The notes under the pieces: generated by a model
What the model saw: only the letters and a program-made list of their open reading frames with translations
What the model was told of the DNA's origin: nothing
Databases searched by the model: none
Position numbers and translations under genes: made by a program
Part shown: in pieces, positions 40,090 to 48,784 of the stretch
How positions within the stretch are numbered: the stretch's first letter is position 1
Layout of the letters: each line of letters begins with the position of its first letter
DNA from: an uncultured Candidatus Saccharibacteria bacterium
GTDB taxonomy: Bacteria > Patescibacteriota > Saccharimonadia > Saccharimonadales > UBA10212
DNA: 64,000 nt
Direction of reading: 5' to 3'
NCBI GenBank assembly: GCA_965231085.1
Contig: OZ246413.1
Span: 91,991-155,990, forward strand

Positions 40090-43000
40090 ATGGCTCGCCA
40101 AAAAATAAATACCTGTGTTTCCTGTAATCGGCTTTTTAAGGGCCGGTTAGATGCACGTACTTGTTCCGGAGCTTGCCGCAAACGTATCCAGAGAACAAGG
40201 CTAGCAGCCGAGCGCGAGGCTCTTGCATTAAAAAAAACGGTCGAAGATATTGTTGCGGCTGTTGAAGATAGAGTAATACCGTTTGCAACCGAAGAGGGGT
40301 TCGTTGGTGAGTCTGCTCTACCAGCTACCAGCTTACCAGCGCAATCTGTTTCATCTCGACCGATTGAACCTACTAGTGTTACACCAGTTCAGACTGCCTC
40401 CAACCCAGTTGTTAATCTGCCCCAGGCTAATATCCAGGAAACAACTCCGCCCAAAAGTCCGGTAATAGAGCAAATAGTTATGCCGCCGCAGCAACAAATA
40501 CCAACTCCTGCGGCCATTACCTCAAATTCGCAGCCAGCCACAGAAGAAACCCTAGAATATCCCCCGCACAGTTTTTTACCGGCTACCCCTGGAACCACTT
40601 TTCAGCCTACGGTTTCCAGCCCAGCTCCAGATATAACCTCTGGCTCAAGGGTTGAGCCAAACCTAGCAGTTAGCCAGCCAAGATATAATTCTAGTTCTGA
40701 CTTACCACAAGGCCCAGACTCATCCTTTTATCAAGCTTCGGCTCAACCAGGTATTTCGCCATCTAATCTATTATCATCTGAAAATCAGTCGAGATCTCAG
40801 GGGGCTAGGTTTGGTATCCCAGTTTGGGCTAGGATGGCCATTGTATCAACTCTATTAGTTTCCACTGTTGCCATTGGCACCTACTTACTAGGGAACCAAT
40901 CAGCACAAAATAAACTTAATAACCAAGCAAGCACTAGCACCACTGTTGCTGGCCAGGACGCGTTGCCCTCAGGCAGTAATGTTGAGAGTTTGCACTTTAA
41001 CAAAGCCTTAACTATCGACCAAGGAGCGAGCCTTACGACCACAGGAACTGCAACGTTTAAAAATCTGACTAATTCTAGCGATGCATTCAATGTGCAAAAG
41101 GCAGACGGCACTAAGTTAATCACCGTCAATACGGACACCGGAGTGGTAACAATTGCAGGTCTTCAGGGCTCAGGCACAGACCTAACTAACTTAAATGCCT
41201 CCAAACTTACTACCGGTACAGTTTCTGATGCTCGGTTAAGCACCAACGTAGCTTTATTAAATGGCACAGGCCCACAAACATTTACTGGAGACAACAGATT
41301 TGGCGGTGCAGCCTCGGTTCAGGGGGCCACAACATTAAATAACACGCTTACCGTTAACGGAAGTTCAGCATTTTTGAGCAGCTTACTATTAAAAAATGCC
41401 TCTGATTCTACTACTGCCTTCCAAATTCAGAATTCTGCTGGCACGAGCAACCTATTTGTAGCCGACACAACGAATACCAGAGTGGCTATTGGTCAGTCTG
41501 CAGCTGCCTATACCTTAGATGTTAACGGGAACGTAAATGTTACTGCTGGTAATACTTTTAAAATAGCTGGCACAGATATATGTTCGGCGTCTGGATGTAC
41601 GAGCGCCTCTAACTCAAACTACTACATACAGAACAGTACAGTTGTTCAGTCGGCTAACTTCGCTATACAGAGCTCTGCTGCTAGTAGCGTCGCAGCGGTA
41701 ATAAAAGGTGCAGTCAGCCAAACAGCTGATTTGTTACAGATTAAAGATGCCAATAACAACAGTTTGCTGACAGTTGGCCCTAGCGGCAGTACTTTAATTC
41801 AGACTCCAACTAACTCCACTACCGCCTTTCAAGTCCTCAACAACAACGGTACCTCACATTTAATAGTGGCTGACACCCTTAATGCTAGAGTAGCCATCGC
41901 CCAGCCAACTGCCAACTACGCCCTAGATGTAGGAGGCGACATTAATTCCACCACGGGTATACGAGTTGGTGGCAACCTGGTCTGCGATACGGTAAGTTGT
42001 ACTCCAGCTCCAGGTTCTGGCAGCTACATCCAAAATACTACTTCACTACAAACAGGCAACTTTGCTATACAGTCTGACTTAAATTCTCACATAGTCGCTA
42101 AGTTCAGAGGCGCCAGCGGCCAGAGCGCCGATTTAATCCAGGCTATCTCCGGCGACGGGGGTAGTACGGTTCTGAGTGTTGGGGCAACAGGGAATACGGT
42201 CTTTAGAACTGCCAGCGGCTTTGACTCAGCTACAGCATTTCAGGTGCAAAATGCGGCAGCTTCCCCAGTGTTCGGCGTTGATACGGTCAGCGGCAGGGTT
42301 GGCATAGGAACCAACGCACCAAATACATCCTTGCAAATAACTAATTTTTCGGATGCCAAGATTAGACTTCAAGGTTCAGCCTACGATACGCTTGTTTTCA
42401 ACAATGGAGCAACCGAAGAAGCTTACCTGAATTATGATATTGCCGGGACAACAGTAAACTTGTGGACTAACAATCGTAATCTTAGCATACTGCCAACTGG
42501 AACGGGCAAGGTAAGTATTGCCGGGACTCCTGCTAACAGCGTCTTAACAGTCGGTACTAATACTACCGCGGCCACAGGGGGCATATATTTTGGGACGGAT
42601 ACGAATCTCTATCGTTCCGCAGCTAGTACCTTATTTACAGACGGTGGGTTAACGGTAAATGGTACTCTACAAACTAAGAGCGATCTTACGGTTAGACAGG
42701 GCAATTCAACTCAACAACTGGTCATTGGTGCTGTAGGACCTTCTGGCCAGTCTGGTCTGTGGCTCCAGAACGGTGAGGCTGGCAGTAACCTTTATCGTTC
42801 TGCTGCGGGGGCTCTTAAGACCGATGGTGCTCTCACCGCCGTTGGGAATATTCAGGCAGCACGGTTTGAGGCAACTAGTTCCAGCTCCGACATGTTTCTT
42901 GTGCAGAGCGCAGACAGTGGCTCTAGATTACTGCTTTCAGCAAGAGTTAGTGGAGGAGCTGCCAATATGTTCTCTGCTAGAGTCAATGGCCAGCTGCTCT

Positions 43001-46000
43001 GGGGAGATGGGACAGCGGCCCAAGATACTAATCTTTACCGCTCGGGTTCAAACGCGCTAACGACCGACGGCGCGCTTACCGTTGCGGGCCGCATAACCGG
43101 CAGCAGCGACCTAATACTATCCGGTAACCCAGCTGGCGGTAAGTTCTTGCAGCTTACTGGCAGTAACTCTACTATGGGCGGTGGTGCTGGCGGTGGTATA
43201 AATATTGCTTACAGTGCTGCCGCTGGCGGGGTTGGCACAATAGACAGACCTATACTCATAGCTGATTCAATCGCCAGCAGCGTTTCGGTGCCAAATCGTT
43301 ATGCAATATATGAATCCAATATCACGGTGGGTTCGGGCGGGTCGCTAACCAATAACTATGGTTTATATATGGAAAACCAAACCGCTGGTACCAATAACTA
43401 CGGTATTTACTTACAGGGTGCCAGCACGGCTACTGTCCAACTGGCTTCCGATGCCGGCACAGCTGCCAGCGGTATTAGTTTTGGCTCGGCTGCTGATACT
43501 AATCTTTATAGATCAGCGGCAGATACTCTAAAAACCAGTGATAGTTTCATAGTTGGCACTAACTTTACAGCCAATGGCACGGTACTAGTTCAAAATGCAT
43601 CTAATTCCACTACTTCCTTCCAAGTGCAGAATGCTGCCGGCTCACCAATCTTGAATGTAGACACTACAAACAAGCGGGTTGGCGTTGGTCTAGCAGCCCC
43701 GCTTGCGCCCCTACACGTTCTCAACGGTACGGCCGGTGCTACGTTTACGCCCGTAACAGATGAAACAATTGTGCTTCAAAGAAATCAGAATACCAATGAC
43801 AACGCGGTGCTTACACTAATTTCTGGTTCAGTAGGCGAAACCATAATACGCCTAACCAGTGCTGGCAATACGGAGTCAGGTAAAATTGGCTACAACAACA
43901 ATACGAGGACTTTATATTTCTTTACTAACGGCAGCCAAAAACTATCTCTCGATACCAACGGCACAATAGCTCTTACTGGCGGACAAACCAAAGATATAAC
44001 AACGGCTTCTGCCGGGACTTCAGCAGCCTTAGTCTTTGCCCCGGGTGACAGTACTACAAACTCTGGCACTGGTTCATCACTAACTTTGCGAGGTTCAAAC
44101 CAAACTGGTACTACTTCCGTTGGCGGCAATCTTGTCTTGCAGGGCGGAACAGGCACTTCTACCAATGGTCAAGTTCAGCTTGGTACCGCTAATACCAGCG
44201 CCATATCATTAGGTGCAAGCGGAATATTGACCACGAACAATGGTTCACTAACAGTTACACAGAACCTAACAGCTAACGGCACCGTTCTAGCCAAAAACGC
44301 CACCGACTCCTCTACCGCCTTCCAAATCCAAAACAGCAACGGAACCGCCGTCCTGGCAGCCGATACCACCAACCAACAAATTAATGTAACTAACCTCCAA
44401 TCCACTGGCTCCATTAGCCTACAAAACTCCCAAGGCGCCTCAATCCAACTAAGAACCGTATCTTCCTCCTCAACCGGCCTAACAGTCTCAGGCAATGAAC
44501 TAACTGACAAAACTAGATCTACATCTACCCAAGGCGATGGCCGCCAAGCCCCAGACAGTAGCACGGGAGTGTGGGAAGGGACGACGAATTTAATTACCAA
44601 TGGTGGACTGGAGACGGATCTTACAAACTGGAGTGGACAATCAAATGTTACGCTGGCGCGCACCACTGCAATTAGCAAGTTTGGAACTGCCTCAGCCCAG
44701 GCTTCCACCACTAATGGTGGTGCTCAGAACGCAGTTCTTCTAACATCAACCAAGCCTGGGAGCAATGGGACGATGATATGGTCTTTCTGGGCTAAAACAT
44801 CGAGTGGAACAGGTTCTATAAACGTGGGCGCGTTGTCTGACAACGTGAGTTCTTTGACTGCGCTGGATGGATTATCCATAAACACTGCTTGGCAGCGTTA
44901 TCGTTTTTCATTCACTTTTACCAACGCAGCATCACCAAACATTAATCCATACATAGCTCTGGCTACTACGGGGATCAACTACTACTTTGACGGCATGCAG
45001 ATCGAGCAAAAAGCCTACGCTACACCTTATGTAGAAACTAACGGCGGTACTGCTAGCCGCAGCGCCGCAGCTGTTCAAGCTCCTGTGGCGGTTACAAACG
45101 CTACCCAGGGCTGGGTGGCAGTAAGGTTTAGAGCTGAATGGTCAGCCGATCCAGGCAGCACTGGCTATGAGTTGTTCGGATGGGCTGACAATAATACACA
45201 TTACTACAGTCTGTTTTATGGTACTGGCAATGGTAACAATCTTAATTTTGTCCGAGCTAACGGGTCGGGTGGGGCTAACGCCGACAAGGTCCAGCAGTCA
45301 TTTACACCGACCGTAGGCGGCTTAGTTACAGCAGTCGCCCGTTGGGACAGCGGCAATGTTTACCTTAGTGTAAATGGTGGAGCATTTGCTTCAGTTGCCG
45401 GAGCACACATTCCGACTTTGGCTGCATCCACCTTCTATATAGGTGGAGGTAGTGCGACAAATATTGGTCAAGCAGATGGCGAAACCCTGTGGTTCGCTTC
45501 CGGCACCGGCACCCTAACAAATTCTGATGCCACAACTCTCAATGCCTATGGCAATTCTGACCCAACAATTGCTGGTTTAACTTCTCTAAACTCTGGTGCT
45601 GCTACGCCGAGCTTTGCTTGGAGCGGAGTAGATGCTAAGTATTCTGGCACAAACGCTAGCTATGTTAGCCAATCGGGTATCTCTCTGGACGACACTACTC
45701 TATACCGCAGTAGCGCAAACACTCTTGCTAGTAATAACAATTTTCTACTACAGTCGAGTACCAACAGTGCGACTGCTTTTGTAGTGCAGGACGCCAATAG
45801 CAGTAGCTACCTAACCATAGATACGTCCGGGAGCAACATCTACCTTGGGGCTTATACGCCCGCAACGATTCAAATTGGTATAGCAAGCGGAAATGCTAGC
45901 GCTCAGACAATAAATATTGGCAATAATTCAACAGCTAGCTCATCGACAACTATTAATATCGGCTCAACGATTGGCACTAGCCCGTTAACCTTGCAGGGTG

Positions 46001-46710
46001 GCAGCACTGGTACGAAAATAAAATCTACATCTACCACCGCCTTTGTTATACAGAAAGCTGATGCCACAGGGACCATATTTACCGCCGATACCTCAACAGG
46101 CGCCATAACCGTGGCTGGTACTCTAACGGCATCAAACGGGCTAACCATCAGTAGCGGTAGCTTAGTAACTAGCAGTACGGGCATATATGTTAGTGCTTTG
46201 CCAGGCTCTCCGGTGGACGGCCAAGAAGTTTACTATAAGGCTGATGCAACAAACGGAGTTATCTGGCACTTGAGATATAACGCAGGATCAGCAAGTACCT
46301 ATAAATGGGAATATCTAGGCGGCGCTCCACTTTCATCTTATGTAGCTACTAGCGAAGGGACCACTTCCACTACCTATGCTGCGTTGCCCACAGCCGGACC
46401 GTCGATTACAGTGCCAAATGAAGGCGATTATTGGATCGAAATAAGCGCTCGCTTAAGTCGCAACGGTTCGGGAGTAAACGAAGCAGGCTATATGTCCTAC
46501 GATATTGGAGGCACAGGAGCGGCTGATGTGGATGCTATAGGAGCTAACTTCACCTTGGGTTCTACTGGCGTTACGACCACCGACTCACGATCAAAACTAA
46601 AAACAGCCATAGCAGCGAGCACAGCTATAACTGGCAAATATCGAGTAACCGGCGGCAATGGAGGTTTCGATGAAAGAACGATGCGAATAACTCCCGTAAG
46701 GATAAAATAA
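40090..46710 (+). CDS. Giant surface protein 2 (2206 aa from ATG 40090). N-terminal architecture as in protein 1, with a longer stalk, CBM4/9-like and LamG-like modules and a different distal part
   Basis: The track start at 40042 is a GTG only 3 nt after the predicted -10 box. ATG 40090 gives MARQK..., which is collinear with protein 1. Confidence 0.85.
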   Translation: MARQKINTCVSCNRLFKGRLDARTCSGACRKRIQRTRLAAEREALALKKTVEDIVAAVEDRVIPFATEEGFVGESALPATSLPAQSVSSRPIEPTSVTPVQTASNPVVNLPQANIQETTPPKSPVIEQIVMPPQQQIPTPAAITSNSQPATEETLEYPPHSFLPATPGTTFQPTVSSPAPDITSGSRVEPNLAVSQPRYNSSSDLPQGPDSSFYQASAQPGISPSNLLSSENQSRSQGARFGIPVWARMAIVSTLLVSTVAIGTYLLGNQSAQNKLNNQASTSTTVAGQDALPSGSNVESLHFNKALTIDQGASLTTTGTATFKNLTNSSDAFNVQKADGTKLITVNTDTGVVTIAGLQGSGTDLTNLNASKLTTGTVSDARLSTNVALLNGTGPQTFTGDNRFGGAASVQGATTLNNTLTVNGSSAFLSSLLLKNASDSTTAFQIQNSAGTSNLFVADTTNTRVAIGQSAAAYTLDVNGNVNVTAGNTFKIAGTDICSASGCTSASNSNYYIQNSTVVQSANFAIQSSAASSVAAVIKGAVSQTADLLQIKDANNNSLLTVGPSGSTLIQTPTNSTTAFQVLNNNGTSHLIVADTLNARVAIAQPTANYALDVGGDINSTTGIRVGGNLVCDTVSCTPAPGSGSYIQNTTSLQTGNFAIQSDLNSHIVAKFRGASGQSADLIQAISGDGGSTVLSVGATGNTVFRTASGFDSATAFQVQNAAASPVFGVDTVSGRVGIGTNAPNTSLQITNFSDAKIRLQGSAYDTLVFNNGATEEAYLNYDIAGTTVNLWTNNRNLSILPTGTGKVSIAGTPANSVLTVGTNTTAATGGIYFGTDTNLYRSAASTLFTDGGLTVNGTLQTKSDLTVRQGNSTQQLVIGAVGPSGQSGLWLQNGEAGSNLYRSAAGALKTDGALTAVGNIQAARFEATSSSSDMFLVQSADSGSRLLLSARVSGGAANMFSARVNGQLLWGDGTAAQDTNLYRSGSNALTTDGALTVAGRITGSSDLILSGNPAGGKFLQLTGSNSTMGGGAGGGINIAYSAAAGGVGTIDRPILIADSIASSVSVPNRYAIYESNITVGSGGSLTNNYGLYMENQTAGTNNYGIYLQGASTATVQLASDAGTAASGISFGSAADTNLYRSAADTLKTSDSFIVGTNFTANGTVLVQNASNSTTSFQVQNAAGSPILNVDTTNKRVGVGLAAPLAPLHVLNGTAGATFTPVTDETIVLQRNQNTNDNAVLTLISGSVGETIIRLTSAGNTESGKIGYNNNTRTLYFFTNGSQKLSLDTNGTIALTGGQTKDITTASAGTSAALVFAPGDSTTNSGTGSSLTLRGSNQTGTTSVGGNLVLQGGTGTSTNGQVQLGTANTSAISLGASGILTTNNGSLTVTQNLTANGTVLAKNATDSSTAFQIQNSNGTAVLAADTTNQQINVTNLQSTGSISLQNSQGASIQLRTVSSSSTGLTVSGNELTDKTRSTSTQGDGRQAPDSSTGVWEGTTNLITNGGLETDLTNWSGQSNVTLARTTAISKFGTASAQASTTNGGAQNAVLLTSTKPGSNGTMIWSFWAKTSSGTGSINVGALSDNVSSLTALDGLSINTAWQRYRFSFTFTNAASPNINPYIALATTGINYYFDGMQIEQKAYATPYVETNGGTASRSAAAVQAPVAVTNATQGWVAVRFRAEWSADPGSTGYELFGWADNNTHYYSLFYGTGNGNNLNFVRANGSGGANADKVQQSFTPTVGGLVTAVARWDSGNVYLSVNGGAFASVAGAHIPTLAASTFYIGGGSATNIGQADGETLWFASGTGTLTNSDATTLNAYGNSDPTIAGLTSLNSGAATPSFAWSGVDAKYSGTNASYVSQSGISLDDTTLYRSSANTLASNNNFLLQSSTNSATAFVVQDANSSSYLTIDTSGSNIYLGAYTPATIQIGIASGNASAQTINIGNNSTASSSTTINIGSTIGTSPLTLQGGSTGTKIKSTSTTAFVIQKADATGTIFTADTSTGAITVAGTLTASNGLTISSGSLVTSSTGIYVSALPGSPVDGQEVYYKADATNGVIWHLRYNAGSASTYKWEYLGGAPLSSYVATSEGTTSTTYAALPTAGPSITVPNEGDYWIEISARLSRNGSGVNEAGYMSYDIGGTGAADVDAIGANFTLGSTGVTTTDSRSKLKTAIAASTAITGKYRVTGGNGGFDERTMRITPVRIK
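44347..44588 (+). repeat. Partner copy of the 242-nt near-identical tract (see 35096..35337)
   Basis: Base-by-base comparison. Confidence 0.95.
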
Positions 46711-46766
46711 TTGACATAAGCGGGTCAAAGTGTTAACATAAGCATAGTTTCGAGAAAAAAGAGGGT

Positions 46767-46792
46767 TTGCCCCTAAAAAGGGCAACTTTTTT
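46767..46792 (+). terminator. Weak intrinsic terminator after giant gene 2
   Basis: Stem ttgccc/gggcaa, a 7-nt loop, then tttttt. Confidence 0.45.
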
Positions 46793-46899
46793 AAATCTCG
46801 GGATCCCGCACCTTTTCGTTGAGCTTTGTAATCTGATTACAGACTACTCCGCCCAGAAAAGGTAAGGGACAAGGTAATTAATAATAGGAGTTAAGAACA

Positions 46900-47103
46900 A
46901 TGCCAGGAACTAAAGATGGTGGCCGAAAAGCCGCTGCAACCAACAAGGCAAAGTACGGAAAAGACTTTTACGCACGCATCGGACAGATGGGCGGAAAGTT
47001 AGGAAAAACTGGTGGATTCTACGCCAATCGTGAACTAGCTCGTGAAGCTGGTCGACGTGGCGGCCGAATTAGCCGACGTACATCTACCAAGAAAGCTGCT
47101 TAA
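46900..47103 (+). CDS. KGG-repeat general stress protein (YciG/GsiB-like)
   Basis: 67 aa with repeated GG(R/K)K...GGK...GGR motifs and KYGKDFYARIGQMGG. SD aggag lies upstream. Confidence 0.72.
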   Translation: MPGTKDGGRKAAATNKAKYGKDFYARIGQMGGKLGKTGGFYANRELAREAGRRGGRISRRTSTKKAA

Positions 47104-47123
47104 ATAGCTTTCTGGTGGAACAG

Positions 47124-47157
47124 AAGTCGCTTGATAAAAATTATCAAGCGACTTTTT
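47124..47157. terminator. Bidirectional terminator between convergent genes
   Basis: 13-bp perfect stem aagtcgcttgata/tatcaagcgactt, loop aaaat, T-run. The 3' arm overlaps the stop codon of the minus-strand gene. Confidence 0.7.
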
Positions 47158-47635
47158 GTTTTCTATAAGCTCTCGTAAAACGGTCGGGGGTAACAGCCCA
47201 GGTTTTGTGGCAGTTAAAGCATTCATAATTCTCCGAGCTAGTCTGCAGTACCCGTAGGCCACAATTAGGGCAGGCGCTGCGACGATGTAGCCAGTCGCGG
47301 TAAGAATCTAGGCAATGCTGAATATGCTCCTGGGTTATCTGTACCTTGTACTTTCTGCCTATTTTAGCTGCGAGTGCCCATGCCTCAGCCTCTAGTTTAA
47401 GTAGCTCTATATCGCTACTGTAGTTTTTGTGCTTTAGTTCGGCATGGGCAAGCTCGTGCAGCACGCAAAACTGCAGCTCCTTTAAGGTTCGATGGGGGTT
47501 GTAGGTAATAGTATTGTGGCCCGGCGACCAGTGATCCTGGTCTCCCACCTTAAAACCATAGGCAGGGAAGTCAGACTTTAACTGGCCTATAAATTCCTTA
47601 ACCCTGCTGCTGTTGGATGAAATCGAAACACCCAT
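47144..47635 (-). CDS. HExxH metallopeptidase-like protein (ImmA/IrrE- or SprT-like) with a C-terminal CxxC...CxxC zinc ribbon
   Basis: HELAHAELKH motif and CPNCG...CFNCHK. SD ggagg lies 9 nt upstream of ATG 47635. Confidence 0.55.
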   Translation of the reverse strand: MGVSISSNSSRVKEFIGQLKSDFPAYGFKVGDQDHWSPGHNTITYNPHRTLKELQFCVLHELAHAELKHKNYSSDIELLKLEAEAWALAAKIGRKYKVQITQEHIQHCLDSYRDWLHRRSACPNCGLRVLQTSSENYECFNCHKTWAVTPDRFTRAYRKQKVA

Positions 47636-48422
47636 AAATCACGGCCTCCTCGGACCGCTTGGCTTTAATTACTGGCGGCATTTTTATCATATTATTCTCA
47701 TATTTCCTCAACTCGTGAGTTAGAAAGTGGCCAAACTTTTCATAGTGGGCGCCAACTCCACCCCCGATAATGATAACTGCGGGGGAGAGTGTTGCAACCA
47801 ACACATCAATACCCTTAGCCAGACCCTTAACATACTTGTGCCAGTAGTAATCATCGTCAATTTGGCTGGCTAACTTGCCAGTTTGTTCTTTAATGGCCCG
47901 GCCCGAAGCAAAGTCTTCCCATTTCTGCAACTTGCCATCGTGCTCTAGAACCATTTGGCCTGGTTCAGAATCAGCAAAAGCAGTGTCAATTATACCGTTT
48001 ATGATAATTCCGTCACCTATTCCTGTGCTTATAGTTAAATATAAAACCCTACTATACTTTTTAAGAACTAAAAGAGCTTCGCTTAGCCCAGCCAGATTAG
48101 CATCATTCTCAATATATACTTTCGCATTTGGCAAGACAGACTCTAAATCTGCTTTTATCGGAATATTTTCCCAGGCGAGGTTGCCAAACTCTCGAACCAC
48201 ACCTTTTTTTCTATCTATGAGGCCAGGCATGGCGCAACATACAGCGTCAATTTTTGTATCCGCAGTAATCTTGTTAATACCAAGCTTAAGTTCACTCAAA
48301 AAACCGGGATAATCTTTTGGGGTCTCAAAGCGTTCCGTCCTAATAATTTTGCCGTCTTTATCAAAAACAGCTAATAGTGTTTTGCTACCCCCAACATCAA
48401 TCCCTAAGTATGAGCTATGCAT
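47598..48422 (-). CDS. ROK-family sugar kinase (glucokinase-like)
   Basis: GIDVGGSKT, ENDANLAGL and GTGIG-like STGIGDG motifs. ATG 48422 is preferred because ggagg lies 5 nt upstream; the track start at 48437 is TTG. Confidence 0.8.
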   Translation of the reverse strand: MHSSYLGIDVGGSKTLLAVFDKDGKIIRTERFETPKDYPGFLSELKLGINKITADTKIDAVCCAMPGLIDRKKGVVREFGNLAWENIPIKADLESVLPNAKVYIENDANLAGLSEALLVLKKYSRVLYLTISTGIGDGIIINGIIDTAFADSEPGQMVLEHDGKLQKWEDFASGRAIKEQTGKLASQIDDDYYWHKYVKGLAKGIDVLVATLSPAVIIIGGGVGAHYEKFGHFLTHELRKYENNMIKMPPVIKAKRSEEAVIYGCFDFIQQQQG

Positions 48423-48784
48423 CACAGCCTCCAACAACTGGGCAAAGCCCAGTTTGCTGATGCTGTTTTTGGAGCATTACTTCGTTGCTGGCTCCTGTTC
48501 TCGCTTCGCTGTACGAATATGTACAGCTCGCTGCGGTTCTCGCCAGCGCCTTGTACTGCATCCAAATGCAAAGCTCATCCCTCATGGGTGTATTTTATCA
48601 TGCGAGCTAGTTATAGATTTGGCAAAAGAACGGACCTACCTATCTGTTGACTTAAGGAGTGAAACTCCTTACAATAATATCAATCCTAAAAGGCAGTTGA
48701 CGCCTGCAGTGCTTAAGTAATTTAGCACCTAAGCTTAGTCTGACCTTATGGAAATACATTCGAAGGAGGCCTTGAAAAAGCCAA

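Noticed and set aside
31036-46785. Numerous antisense or out-of-frame ORFs within the two giant genes, for example 31729..32079, 35041..35313, 37534..37899, 44175..44711 and 42773..43060.
   Set aside because: They are fully embedded in long uninterrupted sense ORFs with clear domain content. Their low-complexity translations mirror the repetitive sense sequence. The two that resemble each other only reflect the 242-nt shared tract.
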